DNA of 59,637 nt, counting the filler, from Circinaria calcarea (taxonomy: Eukaryota): the NCBI GenBank assembly GCA_051942165.1. It is 11 parts of 11 records of this genome, joined end to end, with 100 filler letters (N's around TTAATTAATTAA, not from the genome) between each part and the next. Parts side by side here need not be neighbours in the genome. Positions count along the whole stretch, not along the records: positions 21,775 to 27,103 come from JAVECS010001938.1; positions 27,204 to 32,530 come from JAVECS010001939.1; positions 32,631 to 37,955 come from JAVECS010001940.1; 8 more parts are not named here. The stretch is one strand, 5' to 3'. A model generated the notes under the pieces. It was not told the DNA's origin. It was given only the letters and a program-made list of their open reading frames with translations, and made no database searches. Each line of letters opens with the position of its first letter. The stretch's first letter is position 1. Shown in pieces: positions 23,710 to 34,039 of this stretch. The translations under genes were made by a program, and so were the position numbers.

Positions 23710-25720
23710 GATAAATAACTACACGACTTCCATCAACTGATATGTACGTAAAGAATGAAAGTCGAGAGAAACACACTGAGTTAAGAGAATGATGAACTCA
23801 GCAGCTCTCCCACCTTTGGACGGTATCATGAAGTAGGCCAGTTCCGACATGCTGAGAGGGAGAGGCAGGAGTTTATGCTGAATCCGGAAGCGCACAGAAC
23901 GGGAGGACTTTGGACTACTTAGTCCAGGGAACCGAAGGGCAGGGCGCGTATAAGGTCTTCGAGCCTATGCTCAAAGGTGTGGTCCACGCTTGGCGTTCTG
24001 CATGTATGTGAAGTCGCCTCGTTGCCTTATCGGCCTTGCCAGCCTTGCTGACAATACTCCGTAGTCCACTGGCCGATCATAAGCCTCAACGATTCCGACA
24101 GGTCGGGGGCATCGAGACTCATTCTTCAGCCTATCCTTTGTGGGTCGTTTACAGTCACCCGATGATAGGATCGTGCTTCTCGAGATCTTGTCAGCTTTGG
24201 AGTCCGGACATTATAGAGGTAGCATCTAACCGTTCCTACTCGGTAGGGATTCAGCGACCTGTTATGTAGGATGGTTTGAGTGAAGTGATCGGATCGAGGT
24301 CCGCACAACCTTTGCTCCCCGGTGGCTGTCAATGTACGCGGGGGTTGGCGCGGATGATCGACAGACTTCCATCGGGCCTCTAGATCTCAGCAGAATCAGG
24401 TTCCGATGAGTCTGGTACAGCCAATTCGACGTCGCATATGCAGGATTCAGGAACGATATGCCCGGTTTTCCGCGCGTCAAAGCTCATTCGAGGCCCAGCA
24501 ACACTACTTATTTCCCACGACTTCTAGGGCTCCCGGGTAGTTTTGTCCTCCCGTGATCCTACAGCACCACTAACCGCACGGACCTACTCCGTACAGCTCT
24601 CGTGGTCAAAACCCCACACTACGGAGTTTTGGTGACGCGGACCAACGCGGACCAACGCGGCTTTACCGAGGAGCTTGGCGCACTAATACCTGTAGATGGC
24701 GAGACGATAGGATGTGCTTTGGCGTTGTAGCAACATGTTAGGTTTCCTGGAAAATCTCATTTGTGTAAACCGTTGGCCAACCTCGGCGCCGAAAGGTGGC
24801 AGCTTGCGTGAATGGCCTGCGGCCATGCCTCCGGCGCCAAAGACACTTCCACTATCTATGCGACAGTGCCCTGAAGTGGTGATCTACGACCTGTAAATGG
24901 TGCGGGTGGGTGGATGCGAAATAATATACACCGTGTGCGAGAGAATGCGGAGATGCGAGACATGTGAAAATAGGTGTGTGCGCCCCATATATGCATGATA
25001 TCCTCTGTCCGTAGTGCCTGTCAACGCGACGTGTGTATGCCCTCGACTCCCAATTGGCTTCCGGTGTAATCGGAGTAGTATTTGATTTCTTTCAAAACAA
25101 GACAATCATAACAATCGAATATTAAAGATCGAGTCCTTTTCGGCGGCCGCGATGCAATTCCAAGTGTCACGACTAGAATCTTGATTTGATAGGTGGACTA
25201 CACTCAGCCACAGTAGACCCTTACGAATGAGCGTGGCCTCTCAAGGTTTTGGTACGCGGAACCTTTGTGGGTAAAATCGCCAACGCTCTCGTACCTATCT
25301 TTCGGCTGTCATTCCAGCAGCCATCTAATACTTAGAACTGAGGATTGTGATTAACCAGAAGCTTCCCCGAGTGAATGTTTCAATGTAAATTCCAAGCACA
25401 ATGAAGAAAAAATGACCAATGACGTCAGCACTCCGTAAAGACTTGCTAGAACGGGACTTACTGTAGCGAGGGAACCTTTGACAGGGGACAAATCCATGGC
25501 TTGAACCTTCACAGGCGAGGTCTAGAAAATAATAGCCGCCGCCAGCACGGGCCTGCCGTTCAAACTTCATGGGGCCGGAGCATCCACAAAGACGGGGGGG
25601 GCGCGTTGGGTATTGCGGCCAGGGGGTCAAAAAGTTGTAGATACACATTGAGCACCCGGTTGCAGTTTGCAAAAGCAACGACTCTTCATCCCTATGGTAC
25701 CCCACGATCCTTTCGTGATA

Positions 25721-26088
25721 CGGAAATTTGCAATTTCATACTCAACGTCACTGTTACTAATCGCAAAAACCCACTGTCGCAAAGATATCGCAGAGACTAA
25801 CTATCGCAAAAATTACTATCTCGCCAGTAGCCATTTGAATATAACAGCATTATAATATAATAGCGATTTTCCGATTAGCAAACTTCTAATTAGCCCAGCA
25901 GCCAGGGGCCAGGGGCCAGGGACCAGAATTCTTGCAGGCCAATACCACTTTACTCCCTAGCAATAGTTATGTATGTACCTTAGGGTACCTAACCCCCCCC
26001 CCCCCCCCCGGGGGAAATTGTGGGGGGTGGGGGTAAATGAAAATTGCATACTCGAAACTTTTTGGGGGATGGAAATTTGCATATATCG
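25721..26088. mobile_element. Degenerate MITE related to 58277-58686, opposite orientation
   Basis: Left end CGGAAATTTGCAATTTCATAC; right end TGGGGGTGGGGG..AAAATTGCA..GAAACTTTTTGGGG..AAATTTGCATATATCG. Internal CCCACTGTCGCA is the reverse complement of the TGCGACAGTGGG repeat in the other copy. Confidence 0.7.
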
Positions 26089-26655
26089 GCTTCTAATAAC
26101 GAGGATGGGGAGAAAAATCCGTGTCGCTGGAAGGAGGGCGGGGCGGTGGAGAGTGTTCACAAAGCCCAAAGTAAAGGTGTCAGAGCATCGGGGGGCGAAA
26201 CAGGTTTGATTAGAAGCATGAGGCTGCCCGATCGGAAGTGTCGCTGGCTATGAACCATCAGATGTGGTTGCCATGGCAAAAAAATCCATGGAAATTATCA
26301 TGTTGTATCTAGGCGAAGCTCTCATTGTGTGCGGTTTGAGTAAGACCACGCCGGCAATATGTATTTAACAAGCCAGAACAAAGAGGGGGTATTAAGTAAA
26401 TGTATTGCCAGAGGAGCGCGTTACATGGATCATAAAGTGCTCAGTCAGCGATACAAAGGCCGTCAAGTATCTGTCGGCTAACATCATGCAACACCATCGC
26501 TGTTTGTCTCCGGTATCATCAGGAGGCCGCCAACGCCAATGCTCTCCCGCCCAATGCAATTTTTGTACCGTCGTGTTCTTGTAATCACAAGCATAGAACC
26601 CGTTGTCCCTAAGCGCCATCTCTATTCGGTATGCGTATTTGTTACTATTTCCTCC

Positions 26656-27103
26656 CTACTGGGACGGCGTCAGTTTCGTCTTCGCCGCCTTTGCCGCTTG
26701 CAGATTATCCCTCCACTCCCCAACCTCGTCCAACGCCCTCTTCGGCTCTTTCTTCCTTGTCAGTAAAAATCCCTGTACCTCTGCCGGGGTGAATTCGCCT
26801 TCCGGCAAGCGTTCAGCAAACTGCTCAGCAATCTCCATCAGTTCTTCCAAGGGAATGACTTTCTCTTTCGGAATCGATGGCGGGGTCAAGGTCCCATTCG
26901 CTTTTTTCAAGTCTCCATTTGTGAGCTTGGCAACCACGTTTGGCTGGACTGACATGGTGGAACTGTGCACGCTACCGTTGGCTTTCAAGGGGGAAGTGGC
27001 ACTGAAAGTGTCCGCAGAGTACATACGGACGAATAGCTTGCGGATCTGGGAGCGGCTAGCCATCGTGAAGCCAACCTTCATGTCCACACGGCCAGGTCGA
27101 ATT
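26656..27103 (-). CDS. BCS1-like AAA ATPase, C-terminal part; 5' part off-contig
   Basis: IRPGRVDMKVGF (second region of homology) and FAERLPEGEFTPAEVQGFLL..K..P (BCS1 lid). Confidence 0.88.
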
Positions 27104-27203
27104 NNNNNNNNNNNNNNNNNNNNNNNNNNNNNNNNNNNNNNNNNNNNTTAATTAATTAANNNNNNNNNNNNNNNNNNNNNNNNNNNNNNNNNNNNNNNNN
27201 NNN
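27104..27203. other. Artificial contig linker
   Basis: 44 N + TTAATTAATTAA + 44 N. Confidence 0.98.
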
Positions 27204-27810
27204 CTAGCTTACTACCTAGGTATAAAAGAGAAATCAAGCTCATGAGAGATAATTCCCCGTATCAACCTGAAACCAACCCCTTCCATCGCTATCTCAACCA
27301 TCAGCTTGCTTCCTGTAAGCTATTTCGGCAGTGTCTGTTTTAGAGTAGACCCTTGTAGCTTCCTGGCCCTGTCCAGTTGTACAATCTATTCGAGTCCATG
27401 TTTACAACCCCAGAGCGCCTCTCTAGACCTTTCACGCATGAACATACTCTCCAACCTTCAGTCCCAGGCCTGTCTTAGAGGCATGTAAACGACTATAGGA
27501 GTTCCCTATGCCCCTACTTTAGGAACAGCCGCCTTAGATTACTGAGTAACAAGGCGGGAAGGGGACTCGAACAATCTCCGTTCTTTAGAACTCGTACGGC
27601 TTCATTATCGTGATACCCTAAGCTGGCGATGCTGGTACTCCGCAGGCTTCCTTCATTGATCGTTTGGTTTCGAGATTGATGAATATCTGCCTCCGGAAGC
27701 GGCCATGCACGCACTTGTAATGCGCTTTATTAAAATCACGACCAGGTAATGACTCTCTAAGCTCCACAAATGGTCATCGATTGTAATTTCGAGGAAATAA
27801 TAGTAGTGGG

Positions 27811-27826
27811 AAAAAAACTAAAAAAA
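27811..27826 (-). terminator. RNA polymerase III oligo-T terminator of the tRNA-Phe gene
   Basis: Minus strand TTTTTTT-AG-TTTTTTT, starting 8 nt after the discriminator base. Confidence 0.8.
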
Positions 27827-27869
27827 TTAGATTTGCGGTCGATGTGGATCGAACACATGGCCTTCAGAT

Positions 27870-27887
27870 ATTCATGTCTGAAGTGAA
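27870..27887 (-). other. Canonical tRNA intron (18 nt) at position 37/38
   Basis: TTCACTTCAGACATGAAT lies one base 3' of the GAA anticodon; its CTTCAG can pair with CTGAAG of the anticodon loop. Confidence 0.9.
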
Positions 27888-27904
27888 CTTCAGTCTGACG
27901 CTCT

Positions 27905-27961
27905 CTAACCCAATCAGATTAGCGTTAACTCCAATGATGTGATGCTTTAATAATGTCATAC
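27905..27961 (-). other. 57-nt spliceosomal-type intron in the tRNA D-loop (position 20/21)
   Basis: GTATGACATTATTAAAGCATCACATCATTGGAGTTAACGCTAATCTGATTGGGTTAG: donor GTATGA, branch GCTAAT (27923-27918), acceptor TAG. Precise excision restores the standard D-loop AGTTGGGA. Confidence 0.8.
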
Positions 27962-28411
27962 CCCAACTGAGCTACGCCCGCAAGTTTTTGGGTACTTAAT
28001 AATACTCGATGAGAAATGTTTTACTATAGAAATATATATTGCTATTTAACAGCGAGCACCGATTAGTCTTTATAAATCCAATAGCAAATCTTGAATTCGA
28101 GATAGGAGCACACTCTTCTGTAGCAAGATTTCCTTACAGTGGAGACCGATGTATATTAAACTTCTATAACGGTAACAATATATGTTTTGTCTACGATCTA
28201 CAGTGAGCCATTTCAGACCACTTTTTTAATTACTTCAAATACAGGTTTTATATTCTTGTGGTCAATCAATAATGTTTTTAACTTGCCTCTCCAACAGGTC
28301 TCTTACTGTTTGGTTTACTCACCACATATCATATACTCTATGATGAGGCTTTGTGTACAAGATACATGACTTGCCGCTCTTATCAGATTCATCAATCGAA
28401 TAACAGCCCTT

Positions 28412-28816
28412 CTAATTAGCGCCCCAAGGACCCTTAACTTTATCCCTCCCTTTCGGATAGTACCCTTCGCCTTGCGCGACCCTCACCCTCGCTTCTGTCT
28501 CCTCCCTGATTCTCCATCGCTATTCCCACGTAGCGGATCGGGTATATTCTTAGTCTGTTCGGGCATCGTAGACTACCCATAGCATAGGCAGATACAGCAC
28601 ATCCTACACACAGTACCGGATAATCTCCTCGGCCATCGGGCGGTCATTAAAGACCTCGTAATTCCCGCCGTACTCGGGAGCGAATAGTCGTCGGCCCCTA
28701 TTCTTTGTGGCTAGCTAGGCTTCCCGCCGCAAGTCGTCCATGTCCCCAATCAAGCCGATGCATCTGGCGAGCCCATCGACGTACTCCTTGGAGCACCATC
28801 GGGAGCCGTTCTCCAT
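28412..28816 (-). pseudogene. Fungal 3'-5' exonuclease (DnaQ/RNase D-like) C-terminal half with in-frame stops
   Basis: MENGSRWCSKEYVDGLARCI...A*LATKNRGRRLFAPEYGGNYEVFNDRPMAEEIIRYCV*DVLYLPMLW...EETEARV...YYPKGRDKVKGPW: one frame with four internal stops, including the Q of the YCxQD ExoIII motif. Confidence 0.75.
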
Positions 28817-29050
28817 AGGGTAATGGTAGAAACGGAAAGGAAAAGCTTATCCGTAGCTTAGAAGTTTTTGAAAGTTTACTGTGCAAGATTGCTGAAATGA
28901 TGTGTTTGTTAGTGGTGCTTGAAGTGGCTTTCCAGATTGTTTGCTTTCCGCCCTAGGCTTTTGGCGGAGAGTTCTCCAATCTTACGAGATATCAGCCAAA
29001 CGTCGAGAGCAAGAAAATGCCCGCGGACCACAAATTCCACTAGCTGGTAA

Positions 29051-29490
29051 GCCGCATTCGTCTCCGGCTACCTCGACAATATCGATGGCATTGCCTCGCA
29101 GGAAGGTCGAGTCCTTGTTAAGACGACAAACCACCTGAAAAATCTCGACAGTGCGCTGCTCCAGTCAGACCGCATAAATGTAGGTATGCGGTTTGAATTG
29201 GCCACTAAGAAGCATGCCGAGAAAATGTTTCTGCAAGTGTTTCCAGCCACTGGGGAATGCCGCATTAGCTCAAACACAAGTAAGAAGGAGATGGGAAAGC
29301 CGACGGCAGACAACATGGGGCCAGACAAAATCAGGAGATGGCAAGGGAGTTTGCAGTGGAGGTTTCGGGAAAATGGTTGACTCTGGCAGAAACTCAAGGC
29401 TTTTGATGAAATGGAAGTAGAAGCCGGCTGAAACGGTTGCCAAAGCCAAGGATCGGGTGGAGGGTACTTTGGCAGAGAAGGAATATAGAT
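29051..29490 (+). pseudogene. BCS1-like AAA ATPase fragment
   Basis: SGYLDNIDGIASQEGRVLVKTTNHLKNLDSALLQSDRINVGMRFELA, frameshift, EMAREFAVEVSGKWLTLAETQGF, frameshift, MKWK*KPAETV. Walker A/B region absent. Confidence 0.75.
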
Positions 29491-29836
29491 GTAGAGTAGC
29501 TGCCGTCCTTTTCGAGTGCCAAAAGTTGTAATCTAGTATTTAAGGGAACAAAACTTAAGGGAGTTCCGTTTCAGAGGTAATAGGGAAACGGGGAAGAGTA
29601 GCGAGGCCGGAGCTCGGGTAGATGTTACGCCAGTATACAGTCGGACCCACGCTAGCGCGACACAAACATTCACCAGGCGTTATCACCTCTCAGTTTCTTT
29701 CCACAACACCAACTACTTACAAAAACAGAAACAACAACAACCACAATCACAACAACACCACCACTAATTCAAATAGCAGATTCTCCTACACTCTACAGCT
29801 GGGTTTCGGCCCTGCGCTGTCTTAGGTTTCCAACCG

Positions 29837-29926
29837 GAGGCTTCGTCCTCTTGGTGCTCTGCACTCTCCCACCAGAGGCTCGTCCTCTCCGTGTTCTGCA
29901 TCTCTTCACAGAAGGCTTCGTCCTTC
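29837..29926. repeat. Short tandem repeat (about 38 bp x 2.5) just upstream of the 29943 ORF
   Basis: AGGCT(T)CGTCCT three times, with GTG(C/T)TCTGCA.CTC..CAC between. Confidence 0.7.
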
Positions 29927-29942
29927 TAGTGTACTGTTCCAA

Positions 29943-31678
29943 ATGGCATTTTTACCTTTTTCCAATGATCTATCTGTGTCTTCATCTGAAGACAGGATAG
30001 TAAAGCTCTTCGCAGAGTTTCAAAATGCAATGCGGGAAGAAGAGCAAAGGATGGCCAGCAAGGCTCAGGACTGGGAGACTCGTAGCGTAAAGCTAGTAAA
30101 CCTGCAATCGAGCCTGATATCTCAGAAGCAAGCATTGGATGAGAGGGAGAAAGCTTTAATCAACCGTATTAATCAGGTGGATGAGCTGGATAAAGCTCGT
30201 GTTGAAAAGGGTTCAGAACAAATGCAGGAACGACTCTGTATCGAAGCAGATCAGAAAATGCTGATGAGGGCTTATTTGGTCCTGCAAGGAATCCTTGGGC
30301 TTACCAGTAAACCCGAGGATTTGCAAGTAACGCCTGAAAATGTTTCAAATTCACTAAGGACCCTCGCTGATACGGTTAAAAACGAGATGGACGAGCTTAA
30401 GAAGGCAAAAGCCCAAGCCGATAGCCTCGCCACGCTGCTACAGCGTGATCAGGAGCGACAATCACAAAATATCCATGCTCTCGAGGCCAATCTCCAAGAA
30501 ACCACGACACAAATGCAGGAGCTCCAGTTAGTCCATACTAAATTGCAACAAGAAAACAGGAGCATGCTTGAGCAACTGAAGATTGCCGGTACCAGAAACC
30601 TGGAGTCGGCGTCTAATCGTGAAACTATTGAGGATGCGACACGTGCCCTAACTACTGTAGACGAAAACCGTTCTACATTGACTCAAAGTTCACTGGACAA
30701 CATGGGATGTTCAAGTAACCAGGTAATCGAGTTTGGAGAAGGAAGCACGCATAGCAGACAGGCTGCCCAAATAAACACCTTCTCGACCGGATATGCCGAG
30801 TGGGCGAATCCGGGTACAGATCTAAGTCCATTTTCTCTTACTGGTCGTGCTTTGCTACACCAACGAAAGAGACGTCGCTTATCAACCTCTATAGCTAGCG
30901 ATGCCGACGATTCTGACAGAGATTGGAACACTCGACAGAGACACCTTGACGTCAAGGAAGAGTTGCCTACTCGACCACCGTCTTTTTTGCAACCTGAAAC
31001 CCTCCAGTGCCGATCTTCGATAGATCATGTCGAGGAGTTCATCGGAGCACCCTTTGAGAATGAAGCTGGAGAACTACAGGGGTTCATCACTAGCAACAAG
31101 CCTCAGTAGAACAGTTGGCAGCAACGAAAGCAGAAAACGAGACTGCACTCGAGGAACCAGGTCCTTCCGAGTGTTCTAATGCTAACGAGTCTACATCAAT
31201 AGATGTAACAGTTGCAAAACGAGGAACTGATGGTTTATTCCGTAATGCTGATTATCCAAATTACATCTCTTTACATCCGTCGGATAAGTATCAAATTGAT
31301 CAATTTGGGGACAGTTCCCTCAATCCAAATGATTTAGGGCGCGAAGTTAATGACACCATCCGAGTCTATATGGATCAATGGGACCAACAAAACATTTCTT
31401 GGAAATCTATTGGTGAGAGGAGTCGGGAGGCAATATGCCTCAACGAGGCTGTCAACAATCGGACGCCGAGATGGGAGGAGTCATGCCGCCGAAAAAACGT
31501 TGCTTGCCTCGGGTGTCGGGAAGCATATCGCATTTGTGTGGCAGTAATGCCAATGGGGCACTTCATACGACTATTGCCTTATAGTAGTGGGTTACGTTAC
31601 ACGCCCCCGGAGAGTCCCCCGTCTCAGAGTGATCTGGCATACTGGATTAGGGACCCATCACCAAGGAGCAGGCAATGA
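29943..31678 (+). CDS. Uncharacterised coiled-coil protein with Cys-containing C-terminal domain, split into ORFs 29943-31109 and 31115-31678
   Basis: 388-aa E/Q/L/K-rich ORF with basic patch QRKRRRL, followed after 5 nt by an ATG-less 187-aa ORF in another frame (ICLN...ACLGCREAYRICV...DLAYW). Confidence 0.6.
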
Positions 31679-32530
31679 AGTTGCAGCAGCACGCCATCAT
31701 ACACAAGCAGCCTAATCTTTCCCGCCGACTAAACTGCTATCGATCTTGCAGAACAGACATGGCAGTTGCTACACTCACAATCAACAGCAAAGGATCGCCC
31801 TCGCGACTGCAGAAAAGTCCCTTTACCTCCGTTGCACAACTTGGCTTATCGAGGATTTCCGGGAGGAGTGCTTTATCTTTGACTTTTGAGCCCACGAGAG
31901 ATCGAACGGGAAGTTGTTGGCATCGTCCGGAGGGTACATGGACGAGTTGGAACCAACACAAGCGGCTTTTGGCAAGAAGGCGAAAATTGGGGAAGGTGGG
32001 CAGATCCCCTGGAACGATTTGCGTTGACGGAGTTCCGATGTCTCCACGAGTTTAGTCCGTAACCGCGTCGACGCCAGATGCGATTCGACCTGTGAACCAA
32101 CCCCCCCCGGCCAGGTGTCGGCGTGCGAGGCGTGCCGAGAACAGAGAACCGGATCTGCGTACAATTGACGTATGACGAGGCGGAGGATGGGCCGAACGGG
32201 GTCGTATTCGACCGTTTGCCGTATTGGGGGGGGGGTTTGCTTTCCATAGTTCGAAGTCTTTGGTAACAGGGGCTCCGACTCGGGTTATCGGTGGGGAAAG
32301 AAGTATGGGTATTGCTCTAAAAAAAAAAAACTCTACCGGAAGGCAAGGGATAGGAGGTAAAGGGGATAGGAAAATGTATGACGCCGCCCGATTTAAAGGG
32401 GAAATTTTTTTTTTAATTAAAAATCCAATTCATTCCCAACCCATGGTTTTCTGAAATGAACCCCTCCCCATCCATATAACGCCGTACGCATGCATCCCTT
32501 TCCCTCGTCCCTCGTGTCACCGTGACAGAC

Positions 32531-32630
32531 NNNNNNNNNNNNNNNNNNNNNNNNNNNNNNNNNNNNNNNNNNNNTTAATTAATTAANNNNNNNNNNNNNN
32601 NNNNNNNNNNNNNNNNNNNNNNNNNNNNNN
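32531..32630. other. Artificial contig linker
   Basis: 44 N + TTAATTAATTAA + 44 N. Confidence 0.98.
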
Positions 32631-32659
32631 GGGAGGGGGTGGGGGGGAAATATATACTG

Positions 32660-33790
32660 GAAGAGCCTGGATGTCAGTCAGGTGCTCGTTGCCAGCTTAA
32701 TTCGGTTTGCCATACCGCCATTGGATGGCACAAGCATGTGTCCAAGGGGAGCCGCTGCCACTCTCCCTCCTCCACCCTCGCTGGTTAATCGATGGTGCAT
32801 CGGTCAGCGGAGGGTGCACCATGTCCCGAATACTGAGAGAGCCAGATCAAGCTCTGGAAGCTCGCCGTCAAAGGGAAAACTTCGACCGAGGGCGAGGAGA
32901 TATTTAGCGTGATGGTGGGCGCGATTTATTAACTGGGCAGTTAGCCAACCTGTTCGAAACACAAGAAGGACTTATCGGGGAAGAAAGAGCGGAACTTGCT
33001 ACATTAACTACTAAATTTACCGATCAAATGACTAGTTATTCGGATAAGAAAAAGCAAAATAAGACCACTTTGCCTGCTGCTTTGCCAGACGCATTGTTAA
33101 CCCGTAAAGAGTTTCTCTTCCAGCGCAACCGCAAACGGGCTCTGAATTCGCGAGAAGCTGCCGACGAAACAGAGCGCCAGGGTATTACTCAGCGTAAGAG
33201 GGTGGAGCGTAAAACTGCACATAAAGATCAGGTGGCTCGAGCGGAGGAAGAGAGTTGGATGGAAGGGAATGAGTAAGACGTGCTTTTTGACTTAAGTGGC
33301 GTCAACGATAATGAGACGCAAGACTACATTGTTGTCGGCCGGGGCTCAAGATAGGGAGCACGTTTTGCTTTCGCCTTCCACCCCCCTCGCCATCCGCTCG
33401 AGCCAGCCACGAGGAACCACTTCAGCCAGTCCAATTGCGCCGTCCCTCTCCATCTCCTTCCACCGCATCGACGAGTATGATCCAAGCTCTTCCTCTTCCA
33501 GCGCACAAGCTGGAAAAGCCTTTCAAACCCCCCACCCCCAAGTCTTCCACCAATGAGCAGCGGGCGTATTCAAAAGCCAAAATGGAACGAAGCCCCACAT
33601 CATGAACAGCAAGCTATGGCTGCTGTGGCGAAGGTAGCGCAGATGAAGAGGAAGGAAGTGGCAAGAAAGGTAGAGCTGCCGGAAAAGGCCGAGGAAGAGA
33701 AGCGGGCAAAGGCCATGCGAAGGAGTAGCAGCGGCGTGCAGGAAAGAAGACGGCAAATCGCAATTCAATGCGATCTAATTTGGACTAAAA
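32660..33790 (+). mobile_element. Degenerate MULE/Mutator-type transposase C-terminal region
   Basis: CQL..FGLPYRHW...PLPLSLLHPRWLIDG resembles the SWIM finger GLPCxH..HPRW (C>Y explicable by TGC>TAC). A charged tail follows (RKRALNSREAA, SSGRIQKPK), with stops and frameshifts. Confidence 0.55.
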
Positions 33791-34039
33791 ACGAGGCTCT
33801 CCTAGTTGTATTACCGTTGGTAGCATAGTGGCACAATGATAGGTGCGTTTTCGCGATCGACGCAGGGTTAAGCGAAGGTGCGTATCTTAAGCGATAAAGA
33901 TTTTAGCGCTTCGCCTAACGTTTGCGGAGATCTTAAAAAGATTCCTGAAAACGCACCCATAGAAAAACTCGACGCGCTGTCTCCTACATCCCGATTTCAC
34001 ATGTTCGACGCCGCCTTGTGCTTGAAAATCTTTGATAGC

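Larger units (their letters stand above)
27834..27981 (-). tRNA. trnF: tRNA-Phe(GAA) in three exons: 27981-27962 (nt 1-20), 27904-27888 (nt 21-37), 27869-27834 (nt 38-73)
   Basis: Joined exons GCGGGCGTAGCTCAGTTGGG-AGAGCGTCAGACTGAAG-ATCTGAAGGCCATGTGTTCGATCCACATCGACCGCA = 73 nt. D stem GCTC/GAGC, anticodon stem TCAGA/TCTGA and T stem ATGTG/CACAT are fully paired; acceptor stem 6/7 (G5-A68). A and B boxes intact. Confidence 0.93.

Noticed and set aside
27905..27966. D-loop insert as a transposon footprint with a TTGGG target duplication
   Set aside because: Removing it between the two TTGGG copies leaves 4 extra nt in the D-loop. Only the GT/AG boundaries restore the canonical 73-nt tRNA, and there are no TIRs.
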